DNA from: Octopus vulgaris
Lineage: Eukaryota
Reading direction: 5' to 3'
Assembly: GCA_951406725.2 (NCBI GenBank)
Contig: OX597819.1
Span: 68,572,001 to 68,636,000 of the forward strand
DNA: 64,000 bases
Below are positions 26,568 through 41,269 of the stretch, one piece after another. How positions within the stretch are numbered: position 1 is the stretch's first letter; every line of letters starts with the position of its first letter. A model generated the notes under the pieces. That model made no database searches and was not told the origin of the DNA. It saw only the letters and a list, made by a program, of their open reading frames with translations. A program made the translations under genes and the position numbers.

Positions 26568-27281
26568 AAACGACTAGTTAGTGTTTGTGCATTATTAAAT
26601 CAGCACTACCATATGATTTACCTTCAAGTAGTATTTTCATAAGACTAATAGCTACACATCGAAATAATACCAGAAGGCAACATAAGTACAATGAGTAGGT
26701 GGTCTTGGAACGAAATAAGAAAACGCATTGTTTTCACGAGTGGTTCGTAATATTTTACTTTTTGCATTCGATAAAACTTCGAGAAGAACAAACTTTTTGA
26801 AAGAGTTAAAATATTTTGTTCGGAATGGTAAAAAACTTTTAGTCGCCATCGACTCATGTATGTGTGGTCTATATATTGCAGACATTTTGAACGGATCGAA
26901 AAACACTTTTATACATTGTAGATGTTGTTGGTTATTTAGACGTTCTAACATTTCAATTTAGAGTTTTGTAGCTATATGTTAAAAACACATTTGTCGTTTT
27001 AAATACACAGAAATGATCACGTACATTTTAATCACTCTTATATATCAAATATATTCTAGATATATTTTAATGCTATGAGGTATGTATGCGTGTGTTTGTG
27101 CGTGTGTGTGCTTGCGTGCTTAGTAGTATGCCGATTAGAGCACTCACTCCGTTTAGGCTATCTGATGTCCTTCCCGGTAATGATATATTTGTCTCTGGAA
27201 CGGCGGCAGGAATTCCTCAAAGTTCGTTGCGTTTATAAGGAATGAGGGAAACGAAAAATAAAGTTACGAAGAAATTTATTC

Positions 27282-27400
27282 AACACAACAATCGTTTCGA
27301 CCCATCCTTCATCAGTTCCTTACGGGAGGGATATGGTTAGGGTTAGTGCACTGCTAGTTGTGTTGCATCCATCAGTGCAAGCTGCATCTCGTCAGGTGTC
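27282..27400 (-). ncRNA. Type I hammerhead ribozyme with large branched helix II insertion
   Basis: GACAC CUGACGA GA-[~90 nt incl. UGCACUG/CAGUGCA hairpin]-UC GAAAC GAUU GUU GUGUU, followed by AAUAAA. Confidence 0.7.
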
Positions 27401-27549
27401 GCGTTTTAAATAAGATACTTCGCTAAATATCCCGAGTTTCTCTTGGCATGTCTTCCGTAGAATGTTGGTTATACTCAAGTCAGTAAAGGAGAAACAGCTC
27501 TAAGCCAATGAAGTTTGTGTCACTTTTTTTTTATTCCTTTGTCACTTAA

Positions 27550-27605
<56 letters not shown>

Positions 27606-27879
27606 GGTCTGTATTCAACTGACGCTTCGTTCTGAAGCATATGTGTAGCGGGTTCTAATCCCAGGCTATTAGTATCACTAAGTCTAAGCGACATTTTATA
27701 CATATATACACACAAACAAACAAACATACAAACAAATACATGTGATGTATGACGATTATTTTCAGTTCTTGTACATTATCTTTAATATTTTTTCCGAGCC
27801 CTAGGACACATGGAACCGGTAAGCGAATTTCCGTGACTTATAAGCGACTGAAATCCCAAGATACCTACTAAATGAGATG

Positions 27880-28770
27880 CTGGTCCGTTGCAGGATTCAA
27901 ACCCAGCAATTTTAGAGGCGCTGGGACAAGTTGATTACACCGACCTCAGTACATGTGTGGTACTTTATTTCATGGACCTCGATGGGATGAAAGGTAAAGT
28001 AGACCTCGGAGGGATTTGATCACAAAGCGCATAAGTTGGGCGAAACGCCTCTAAGCATTTTTACGACGTTCCAATTTCGGTCACCCCTCTGTATTCTACA
28101 TAATTCAGATGTGCCTAAATGAATTAACAATACCAAAAGATCTCCTTCGATTAGGCGGCAAATATTGGTTTCAAATATTGGCACAATGCCTGCAATTCCG
28201 GGTGAAAACGAAAATTAATTACATGATCCTAGTTCTCACCTGGTACTTATTTTCCAGATTCTGAATGGATGAAAGGCGAAGTCGACTACTATGGCGTTTG
28301 AATTCAGAACGTAAAAACTGGCAGTATAGTGGCAGCGGGGAGGTCAATTACACCGCACCTAGTCTTCAGTTGAGGTAAATAATTACCAGTTGAACACTGG
28401 TGTTGAAGTAATAGACCTATCCCACCCACTTCGAAACAGTTGGTCACGTGCCAAACATTGCAACCAATATCAATATTTTGTATATCGATAAGGTATTAGA
28501 GATTGACAAAAATATATTTTACCGTTTCATTCCTGGAGTAAAGCTGTGAGATGGCAGATTGTTAGCAAGCACTCTGGGGGTAAATGAATAGCGTCCTTTA
28601 GTCTATCTTCGTGTTGTGAGCTCAAATTCCACCGTAATCGGCTGTGCTTTTCGTTCTTTCGGAATCTATAAAAACAATATGTATCTGGAGAACACTGGGG
28701 TTGATGTACTAGACATATCCCTTCCTCCGAAATTGCTAGCTTGTTCCAGAATTGGAAACCAATATTATTA
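27880..28770. mobile_element. Cluster of decayed copies of a further SINE-like family (D), both orientations
   Basis: Share the motif TTCAAATTCCGCCGAGGTCGACTTTGCCTTTCAT...ATAAGTACC with 45688-46040. Confidence 0.6.
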
Positions 28771-29188
28771 TGGAGTTTTATTTCTTGCAATGGAATCAAT
28801 TACACGTGTAGAGTTAAATATCAAAATGTGCTGGACAGAGACTAATCGTGTGAACAGATATCATAATGTAGAAATGTATGTAGCAGACTTTTGTACTTTT
28901 GTATACAGAATCACCTACCAAGTAAGAGAGCCGTTGTAATCAGCCATATCTAATATGTCTGGCTATAAGGCATACAAATATATATTTCGCACGATATTAT
29001 GTTTTTCGAAAAAGAAGTGCAATGGAACAAGTAAAACGGTCAAACATAAAATATATCAATGAATAGCGACAAAATTTGTCGGAGAAATAAATACAAGTGA
29101 ATTAATTGTGTAAAACGTTCTGCTTCGTAAACAACAGTATATTAAATTAACTTTTTTAACAAACGCTCAAATGCTTATATATATGTAT

Positions 29189-29233
<45 letters not shown>

Positions 29234-29541
29234 GTCACATACAGTCACAGTCACACACAAACTTACATATATACGTGTATATATATGTATAGATATGTAC
29301 GTATGCATGTATATGTATACTGAAAGGTTATACTGGAGCTCATCGACACCGTTCGTTAATTGCATTATCTAACACACATCGACATCTTTTGGAAAACTTT
29401 ATAGGGACGTAAACAAACCAGCGCTTGTCAGCAAATGATAACGGTGCAAGATCGAGAGACACATACATTCTTATACATACACACATACACAGGCACGCGC
29501 GCGCACACACAGATGTACGCAGACATATATATATACATATG

Positions 29542-29619
<78 letters not shown>

Positions 29620-29799
29620 CATAACCTGTTGTTATTGTCCTCTTATTTGCATTTGTATTTGTGTACCATTTTTTCGTTTTCTTTTTCTGTCCTTTTTCCT
29701 TGTCCCTTTTATGCATCATCTGTGCGGATGTTTCGTTGTCCCTTTTTTGTATCATCTAACTGTCTGGATGTTTTACGTTCTTGTCCCATATTTTCTTTT

Positions 29800-30238
29800 C
29801 CTGGCTGTGTGGTAAGTTAGGCATAGGAGTAGATTACTTACCAACCACATGGTTCCGGGTTCAGTGCCACTGCGTGCCAACTTGGACAAGTGTCTTCTAC
29901 TATAGCCTGGGGCCGACCAAGGCCTTTGGAGTGGATTTGGTAGACGGGAACTAAAAGAAGCCCGTCGTGTATATGTATATATGCCTATATGTATATATAT
30001 ATGTGTGTGTGTGTATGTGTGTGTGTGTATGTGTGTGTGTTTGTCTGTGTGCCCCTCCCCCAACATCGCTAGACAACCGATGCTAGTGTGTTTACGTCCC
30101 CGTAACTTAGCAGTTCGGCGAAAGAGACCGATAGAATATGTACTAGGCTTACAAAGAATAGATCCTGGGGTCGTTTTGATCGACTAAAAGTCGGGGCTCC
30201 AGCATGGCCACAGTCAAATGACTGAAACAAGTAAAAGA
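29800..30238 (+). mobile_element. SINE family A, full length
   Basis: Homologous to other family A copies. Confidence 0.88.
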
Positions 30239-30389
30239 GCACATACTTATACAGATATATGAATATGTTATACATACATATCTAATACATGACCTAAGTT
30301 ATATGATGTATAAAAATGTAATATAGAGATAAATATCTGTAAATATAAACCATCCGATTTTCTGAGTACCTCATTTCTTCTAATATATA

Positions 30390-30425
<36 letters not shown>

Positions 30426-31414
30426 TGTATGTATGTATGTATGTATGTATATATATGTATGTATGTATATATATATATATATTTATATATATATACAAAT
30501 ACATATTAATATAATATGTGTTCGTGTGTGCTTGTGTGTGCCTGTGTGTGACTGTGCCTCTTATATTACATTGATATCCGAACTGCAGTAAAATGGAAAC
30601 AATATTCTCGCAATATACAGAATATGTAACATGTTCGTACGCAAATCAAAGGACGATTGTTTATATCAGCCATTAAACATTGAAATAGCAAAGTCTGCAG
30701 TCAGATACAGATGTGCACTTAAATATCTGCACATATAATGCATGCGTTTCCCATTATATTTCATTGTTTAACTGAACAAGCACTGAGTTAAGCACACGTG
30801 CAACACACATATATAGACACACACACTTACACACATACACATATTTACCCACAGACAAACACTTACACACACACTCATACAATCACGTACACTCACACAC
30901 ACACATTGCAAAACTGTATATATATTCTGATCGTTATATGATTGGCAATCGTTTGTATAAAATCTGTTATAAATATATAATATAATTGCTTGGTAGGCAG
31001 AAATGCATTAAATATATAAATTGTTCATAGAGCACCAATTCATTTTAGCAATACTCTTCGATTGCCATCATTAGTAGAAATTAAATAAATGCCATAAATC
31101 TATTAAACTGCTCTCCATTACATGAGCACATTAAAAACTAGGTCGCGTAGCATCTATTTAAACGAATATTGATTACGTAAAGACAAACACTACCAAAGTA
31201 CACCTGGCGTTGCCGGTATTCAGTTTTCGTAGGGAGACAGAAATTTATAGATCAATTTTTGACGGAAATGAACGTTAGAATTTTAAATCAAAGACCAGAG
31301 AATGTGCGCAGAATATACTTAAGATGCTAAGTCAAAAAGTAATGCTATTTATATATGTGTTACGTTTTAACTCAGCCTCGTATTTAATTTTCCTTTTGTT
31401 TCTTGTACTTTATA

Positions 31415-31641
31415 ACTCTTTTACTCTTTACTCTTTTACTTGTTTCAGTCATTTGACTGCGGCCATGCTGGAGCACCGCCTTTAGTCGAGCAACTTGACC
31501 CCAGGACTTATTCTTTGTAAGCCCAGTACTTATTCTATCGGTCCCTTTTGTCGAACCGCTAAGTAACGGGGACGTAAACACACCAGCATCGGTTGTCAAG
31601 CAATGCTAGGGGGACAAACACATACACACAAACACACACAT

Positions 31642-31688
<47 letters not shown>

Positions 31689-31849
31689 CGACAGGCTTCT
31701 TTCAGTTTCCGTCTACCAAATCCACTCACAAGGCATTGGTCGCCCCGGGGCTATAGCAGAAGACACTTGCCCAAGATGTCACGCAGTGGGACTGAACTCG
31801 GAACCATGTGGTTGGTTAGCAAGCTACTTACCACACAGCCACTCCTGCG
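31415..31849 (-). mobile_element. SINE family A, full length
   Basis: Homologous to other family A copies; (TTTTACTC)n tail. Confidence 0.9.
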
Positions 31850-31864
31850 ATCATAAGTTTCTAG

Positions 31865-32200
31865 TCGCAGGTAGTGAATTGAGCCCCCCTTCGGTGATGA
31901 CTGCCCGTGGGATTGCACCTAGAAAGTTACCCACCCAGTCACAAATCCGGGCAAGTTTGTTTATGGAAGACCAGCGGTCACCCATGCTTAACAGCCTCTC
32001 CTTATCCAAGGGAAAGGCAAGGGCCGATACAGCTTGGCACATGTAACATCGCAACTCATTTCTACAGCTGAGTGAACTGGAGCCTCGTGAAATAAAGTGT
32101 CTGGATCAAGAACACAACACGCAGCCCGGTCCGGGATTCGAACTCACAACCTTACGATCGTAAGCTCGACGCTCTAACCACTGAGCCAAGCGCCTTCACT
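31865..32200 (-). mobile_element. tRNA-derived SINE with CORE-like central domain
   Basis: A-box TGGCTCAGTGG, B-box GAGTTCGAATCC, then TTGTGTTCTTGA..ACACTTTATTTCAC. Confidence 0.85.
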
Positions 32201-32898
32201 CGCATGTAGTCATGGCTATGTAATTATAATCCCAAAACTAAACGAACGTCTCCTAAAATATATTCAGATTTCTTCGAATGTGTTTTTGTCGAATATAGAG
32301 AAACACAGAGGCAAATATATCTAAATTATTTAATGCGAGATACTCCAATTGCGCAGTAAATTTTCTTTATGGCTTGTTTTAAAATATTTCTTATACAATA
32401 CATTGCTTTTTCCTGTTGAAAATATTCATCAAACGGTGCATATTTACACAGTTTAATTTTAAAAATCTAATTTCAGAAGTTTAGCACGTTTATAAGCAGG
32501 GAAGAAATAAGTACCACGAAATTACCTGCTTTCGATTTTCCTCACAGATGCGGTAATACGCAGATGTGATTATAATGCTGTAGTAAAGATCGCAAGTTCG
32601 ATTCTTCAAGCCGAGCCTACCTAGTGGTGGACCAATAAAGTATTTAATGAATTTAACATTTTTATAACTGAGATGGCAGCGAGATCTTCTTGGCAAGATA
32701 AATTTACTTTGACTTGCAGGAGTATTTACGTCAGATGTATCTTCATCTCTATTTAGTACCCAGAGGCCTGATCATCAGCGAACATGTTAGTAAGTCGAGA
32801 AATCGAGATAAAACAAATAAATAACAATATGGCATTTTTCATGCTAAAGAGAGTAATTTAACTGAGAAAAGCGTACACACACTCATACACGCACACAC

Positions 32899-32936
<38 letters not shown>

Positions 32937-32940
<4 letters not shown>

Positions 32941-32982
32941 ACGTTAGCCATCTGAATGTGGCTTCAGATGGCTAACGTCCCT
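32937..32982. repeat. Perfect 20-bp inverted repeat abutting (TA)n
   Basis: AGGGACGTTAGCCATCTGAA-tgtggc-TTCAGATGGCTAACGTCCCT. Confidence 0.9.
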
Positions 32983-33028
32983 TATGTTTTGGAGCAGTTA
33001 CTGTCTATATCTCGTTTAGAGAATTATT

Positions 33029-33082
<54 letters not shown>

Positions 33083-33433
33083 CATTGGCCAGTATTATTC
33101 CAAGATCTCTTCCGTATAGAGAAAGAACCGGTTTCTAACCTAGATCCATGTCTCCTTCATTGGAATTTCAACACCAAGAGGGTATTTATGTCTGTGTGTA
33201 TGTACATACAAACATAATTCCCCTCTTGATGTTGCTATAATGGAACAATTACTATGAGGCATTGTGTAGGATATATTGTATAAAGGATAGTGGGTAAGGC
33301 TAAATCAATGCGAAGTAAAGGCAAGGTAAATCACAAGAAAACAAATATATAATTTAATGTAGACTTACCTTGTATTCAATATTTCGGGTTTATGACCCCA
33401 TTTTCAAGAAAATAAACGAGTGTTGCCGATGTG

Positions 33434-33483
<50 letters not shown>

Positions 33484-34719
33484 TACATGAGTGGATGTAT
33501 GTATGTATTTATGTATGTGTGTATATTTGTGCGAGTGTCTGTGTTTGTACATACATATATATATATGTACAGGAGAGAACGAGAGAGCGCTGAGAGCGGA
33601 TCAATGTGAGACAAATCTGAAGTTACGTTACGGACAGATTTAACAAATGCTATTATAGGGACTTGCAGTATATTCTCTGGGTGTTTGCCTCCCCTTCGTC
33701 TACTTCTCTGCCGTCTATACTTCTTTTGCCTTACTCCTTTGCTGTTCTCTTTTCTCGCTCTCTCTCTCTCTCTTTCTCTCTCCTGTCTGCCTCTCTACCC
33801 CCCTTTCCCTTCTAAGCTAAATATTTTCCTTTCCTAGTGATTTCCTCTTTCACCGTAAGCTCTCTTTCCTCACGCAAACATGTCTCTTTTCAATATAATC
33901 CACATTTCATCTCCTTACATTCGTTGCTTTCGTCTTCTTTTCGGTTTGTCCAGTTTTCGCTTCAATCCATTTTACGTATTTCTTTTCATACTGTGTTATC
34001 TATGTGCGGGTTGAGTACCTATCTAATATTTTTACTATAGTCGAAATATTATGACTGACCTACCGTTGGATTAAAATATGGATGAAGATATAAACGGAAG
34101 CGGATGATCGCGTGATATGGTTGCCTCATGGCTATTAACAAGTTAGTGATCTTTAAATCTCTCATAATGCAGAAAATTTGTGCAGACTTTGCAAAAGTTG
34201 AAGTGAAACAATTGTTTTGAGTGTGTGTAAGCGTTAACATTGCTTAACTGTTTAATACTGGATATGTTAGTTTAATGAATCTTTTTTCCTTGCTAAGATT
34301 TCGTTGGCAAAGTATTTCTTTGGAAAGGGAAGATTTAAGAAATGATTTTTTTTTCTGGCGACGGATTTTGGAAATTTAAATTTCTAAAGAGAGAACGAAC
34401 TGGTATTATAAGATTATATTTCAAAATCTAATATGAAAATGTAGCTAACATAAAACGATAAAAATACGTGAAAAAATATTAAGAAATATCGAAGAACCTA
34501 AAATTATTTACACGAGATCGAATTGAAATATTAGAGTCAGGTAGTGAAAAGGCAATTTTGAATGAGATAAATAGGAATACAGAGAGAGACAATTGGTTAA
34601 AACTTAATAAAATATTTAGAATGATTTGAAATGTACGCAGTGTTATAATGAAAACAATTTTGTAGTTTTCCATAATTAAAAAGAAAAGAGAAACAATTCT
34701 AGTACAAAGGAAATCATTG

Positions 34720-35260
34720 TTGGGGCTGGTGATTGAAGTAAATAACTTTTTTAAAATGTTAGAACATTTAAAAGGATTTCGCAGAGAAAACGAAGGAACA
34801 AGTTGTTTCCAATTGAGAATATGCAAATATTGATAATTAATTAACTTTACACAAACGGCAGATATTCACTTGTTACGAGCTGTAGTGATGTTAAATGTAA
34901 TCTATGACTGCGAATCATGGACTATAGATGCTAGAAGTAGAGAAAAGGCTAAAGAGATTGAATTGAAAATTTATTGAAAGACGTCTGCGCGTTTGATATA
35001 CAATGCGTCAATCTAACAAGCGTGTTAAGAAATAAATTGTTGGGAAGGCTACAAACACCGAAGACACATGTGATTTATTAAGAAGGCGGAAAAGGAAGTG
35101 TTTTGATCATGAAACAGCGAGCTACGACATCTTACTTCTTAGAGATTAACACCATCCACCGATAAACCTCTGGTAAAAGATTTACAGGAAGACATCGAAT
35201 AGGGTGAATAGACAACATCAAAGAATGTACTGGGAGAAACATAGTGGAAAACCAAACGTT
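34720..35260 (+). pseudogene. Decayed RTE-clade LINE ORF2 C-terminal region
   Basis: VIYDCESWTIDARSREK...IRRRKRKCFDH...IDNIKECTG, interrupted by stops and frameshifts. Confidence 0.75.
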
Positions 35261-35569
35261 GCCAATGAACGGGTAAGATGTAGAGATGAGATTGCATCTG
35301 TCACTGAATACATAAGGCGTCTATTGACGGTGGAATTTGATTGAATTCATTAAATCTGAGTTTCATTTTATCCTTAATAGAACGAAAGACACACAGAACT
35401 GATGACATGAAAGACGAGTTTTTCTATTAATTATACGTTCATAATAAAATCTCTAATTCCCGAGCAGGACTAATTAAAGGGAAATTAAATTAATAGCAAT
35501 ATCGAATGCTGGAAGTTACATATGATAATAAAATATGAATTTGTTATGCAAAAGCTATATAATCGTTTA

Positions 35570-36030
<461 letters not shown>

Positions 36031-36476
36031 AAAGTATTTTCTACAATCTCGGTTGTATACTGCGTTGCTTCGCAGTCTTATCGCTTAATTATCATAAATG
36101 TAAATCATTTGAATAAACCTATTCTCACTACCAGTAGTATTGTCTCTCCGTCTTATTCTTTAACTCACTTTTTCATTCACTAATTCCTTCGTTTCAATTT
36201 TTTTCTTTATTGACTCTTTTATCGTCATGAATTAGGGTGTAAGATATGTTTATCTTAAAGATTAAGAAATAGTTAAACAATTAGCGACATCTGCTCATCG
36301 CCGCTATCACCTTTTCTCTCTTACATATATGTGTGTATGTATGTGCATGTATATATGTTCCTAGGTATCTATCTGTCTATCTGTGTATCTATCAATCTAT
36401 ATACCAATATATAGATGTACACACACACATATATATATGTACATATATATATGTGTATATATATCTAAATGTATAA

Positions 36477-36533
<57 letters not shown>

Positions 36534-36718
36534 AGTAATTGAATGAATTATCTTATTAAGGATAATTCGAAAGATAACCGATACCTGAGTAGCAAATTCA
36601 CATCAGAAAGAACACGGTTGAAGCTACGTCCCTAGGGCATAGACTACGTGTCTTCGTGCGGAAATTTGTATGTTTATTTTAAAATTATAAGTATATGAAA
36701 GAATTATAAGTATATGAC

Positions 36719-37171
36719 GGAGCCCATGGCGATAATGAGTGTCTCTTTATAATGAGTGACATCAGAGTGGCTGAATGTAGAAGAATCTAGAACTTTCTAA
36801 AGGTTCAAGAGTTCAAACGAAGTAGGAGGAGGAGGCATAAGAATAGTAAGGTGAGAGAGTGCAGGTCAAAAGAATGGTGGGTTTAAATGATTTCTTTTGT
36901 GAATGAGTGCCTGTGTGTGTGACTGTATGTAACTGTCTTAATGTGTGTATAAGACAGTTATATACAGTCACACACACAGGCACTCATTCACAAAAGAAAT
37001 CATTTAAACCCACCGTTCCTTTGATCTGCACTTTCTCACCTTACTATTCTTATGCCTCCCTCCTCCTACTTCGTTTGAACTCTTGAACCTTTAGAAACTT
37101 CTAGATTCTTCTACATTCAGCCACTCTTTCGTCACTCATTATAAAGAGACACTCATTATCGCCATGGGCTC
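36719..37171. repeat. ~222-bp inverted repeat with ~9-nt spacer
   Basis: 36719-36940 vs 36950-37171, few mismatches. Confidence 0.95.
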
Positions 37172-37232
37172 CTTGAGAGCGGTCAGCTAAAAGTTTTTTC
37201 TGCATTTTAATGTCGACATAAGTTTCCTTGAT

Positions 37233-37313
37233 TTTCCTGAGGAGAAATCTGCATAATGTACTCCCTATTCCTTCGGAATTAGGAATATGCAGCCATCGAA
37301 ACATGTGTTGAGA
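37233..37313 (+). ncRNA. Type I hammerhead ribozyme with extended helix II
   Basis: UUUC CUGAGGA GA..CUGCAUA..[hairpin]..UAUGCAG..UC GAAAC AUGU GUU GAGA, then AAUAAA. Confidence 0.8.
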
Positions 37314-37363
37314 ATAAAGGATATGTATTAACTAGTCGTTCAACTCCATTCTTACATATACTT

Positions 37364-37870
<507 letters not shown>

Positions 37871-37889
37871 GTAGATATCGAACCCACAA

Positions 37890-38223
<334 letters not shown>

Positions 38224-38574
38224 TGCATATACACATACATATGTATACAAAATATATATTGTACTCAAATATGTATATACACACATACAACTACATATTT
38301 ATATGTTTATATAATTGTATATTATATATAGATATAGGGATATAAATAGAAACATACATACATATATACATACATACATACATACAGACTGACATACATA
38401 CATACATACATACAAACATACATACATACATACATACATACATACATACATACATACATACATACATACATACATACATACATGCATGCATGCATTCAAG
38501 CATAGAGGCATACATATAGAGTCTCAAATTAACAGCGGAACTGACGCAGTTCACTTGTGCTACACCAGAAACAT

Positions 38575-38790
38575 TGCATTAGTGGAACAGCTAATCTACT
38601 GGGAGGGACTGAAAGCACGACAGCTCTACTCCCAGGATCGAAGACGGGAGAGATATGCAATGATATACATATGGAAGATCTTGGAAGGGTTAGCACCAAA
38701 TTTCAGCATCGCGAGAAATACCAGCCGCCGAACTGGGCGTCGCTGCGCTGTTTCATATGTCCCGGCTATGCATTTTAGTGTGAAGACCAT
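38575..38790 (+). pseudogene. CR1-group LINE ORF2 C-terminal fragment
   Basis: LIYWEGLKARQLYSQDRRRERYAMIYIWKILEGLAPN. Confidence 0.85.
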
Positions 38791-39073
38791 GTACGTCCTC
38801 CTTCAATCAGAAAATAATGGACATTGAAAAGGGGATTTCAGTGGCGGTGCCCCAGTATGGCCACAGCCTTTGGGCTGAAAGGCAAAATAGTGTAAAAGAA
38901 TATGAACGTATGTCGTTGTTCAGTTTTATTTCAAAGTGTATGTATGTGTATAAGTCGGTGGATTCAAACAATCAGCACAGTATAGGACAGAGGATCAACT
39001 TGCACGTAATCCCCGAATATACATAACGCGGTCAAAGCATATGTGAATATGAGAATGCATGCATGTGTGTGTT

Positions 39074-39124
<51 letters not shown>

Positions 39125-39126
<2 letters not shown>

Positions 39127-39412
39127 TAATAAAGGGTATATAATTTTACCAAGTAGTTCGGTATGTTAAAAGAACAATTATCGGTAAACTAAAAAAAAAC
39201 AAAAAAAAATTACATATAATTATAATTAGGTTCAGCAAAAAATCTGCTTCACCGCATGCCGACATTTAGAAATAGCAGTTAAAATTAACTATTTCTCTAA
39301 CATGTTGTCTGGGAGATTTTCTTATGATAGAGAAATAGTTAGTTTTAACTGCTATTTCTAAATTTCGGTTTGTGGTGAAGCAAATTTTTGCTGAAACCTA
39401 ATTATAATTATA
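39125..39412. repeat. 85-bp inverted repeat (39215-39299 / 39328-39412) with unique extension
   Basis: Arms compared by eye; diverged homologue of 20925-21330. Confidence 0.88.
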
Positions 39413-39515
39413 CTCATAATTATATAAAAAATTTTTTCTTTAAATAGATAGATAGATAGATAGATCGGTAGCCACTACCCACATTTTTTTCTCTCCTTGT
39501 TTGTTTCCGTATTCC

Positions 39516-39550
39516 CTTCTGTGGAAGAGCGTAGGCTCGAAACGTAAAAG
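39516..39550 (+). ncRNA. Minimal hammerhead-like motif with U at position 6, in repeat 39462-39660
   Basis: CUU CUGUGGA A GAGC GUAG GCUC GAAAC GUA AAAG; paralogue 63771-63806. Confidence 0.6.
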
Positions 39551-39661
39551 ACTTTTCCTATTCCCGAGCATTATACTAATACACTTTGTTTTCTCTGTTT
39601 TCATCTTTTGTTTTCTACACCACTTGTTTTATATCTTTTGATTTTTTTTTCGTATAATTCT

Positions 39662-39756
<95 letters not shown>

Positions 39757-40087
39757 GGCACTCAGAAACAAACACAAACAAACGCACAACACACACGAGC
39801 GAGCGATTTTTTTTTCTTATGTTTTAGCTTTGCAGTGTTTATTCGGGAATACCCTCTGTGATGGTAGCTTCGGATATAACCCTATGGTAGAGAGGCTTGA
39901 GGTCTCTATCCCCATAACGTTCTCAAGAAGATTAACCCTGATATATATTGGTGATTATCTAATTTTCATGATTATTACATACATATATATGTGAGTGTAT
40001 TTTTTGTGCCTTTTTTTCTGTACATGTCTACTTTCCTTGTTTCTCAGCATTGAAACCAGAACAAGAGCATTATACTTTATACGTATT

Positions 40088-40285
40088 TCAGTTCTGTATT
40101 AAAGAGATGAGGAATTACGTACATTATGACCGTTATTTACTTTCTTTACATTATTTACATTTGATCGATATTTGTCCTCGTCTTGTTTGTTGTTAACACG
40201 ACCTTTAGGCTGATATACCCTCCGGCCATCAAAAGGTGTCTTGTTGCGGAAATTTCGAACCTGGGTTTTCATTCCTAAGGTACTT
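40088..40285 (-). mobile_element. Decayed 3' part of the tRNA-head/HHR composite family
   Basis: Collinear with 16905-17047; HHR remnant 40195-40240. Confidence 0.7.
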
Positions 40286-40394
40286 TTTCAGTGTTACTAC
40301 TACTACTACTACTACTACTACATTCGTCAAATGTAAATGTATACTTATTTGTACTAATTTCTTTTTACCAATTACAGATTATTACCGTTGCACT

Positions 40395-40775
40395 CCGTCG
40401 TTTACGAGGACGAGTGTTCCAGTTGATCCGATCGACGGAACAGCCTGCTCGTGAAATTAACGTGCAAGTGGCTGAGTACTCCACATACATGTGCATCCTA
40501 ATCTTAGTGCTCGGGGAGATTCAGCATGACACAGTGTGTGACAAGGCTGGCCCTTTTGAATTACAGGTACAAAAGAAACAGGAAGAATGAGTGAGAGAAA
40601 GTTGTGGTGAAAGAACATAGCAGGGTTCACCCCCACCCACCCCGCCACCTTGTCGGAGCCTCGTGGTGCTTTAGGTGTTTTCGCTCAATAAACACTCACA
40701 ACGCCCGCTCTCAGAATCGTAACCGCGAACCTACGACCGCGAGTCAGCTGCCCTAACCACTGGACCATTGCACGT
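40395..40775 (-). mobile_element. SINE family B head with tail type 2
   Basis: Homologous to 4505-4888. Confidence 0.88.
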
Positions 40776-41269
40776 ACACACTGGTTATTATAGTCGTTTA
40801 ACTACGGCTATTGTATAGCGAAGATATTATAATAACAAAGCGGTTCATACGGAATATTCTCTGAATAAATTTATAATATTATATTTTCTGCCTGCGAGTG
40901 GTTTTAAACACATAGTACTGCAAGAATTATTCCCATAATTCATTACTTAAACACTATGGGTTTCACAGACTATTTTTAGTACCTTGTGTTGTTTCAAATA
41001 TTAATCTAATTTTTCTATATAATTCTTTGTTAAGACATTTCTTTTCTTTCCGTGTTGTGTTCTCTGGCTTGTTCATTAACTCGTAAATATCCTTAAGTCT
41101 GTCTTTGAAAAAATTTCCTTCTTTCTACTTTTATTATTTAATCTAATATTATTGGATTATATTAATTTTTCGGCTTTGAACGTAGAATTACCTCATATTT
41201 AGAAACCAAAATTTTATAAGAATAACTGTTTGCAACGCTGTTCTTTGTTTTATGCTATCTACAGTATAA

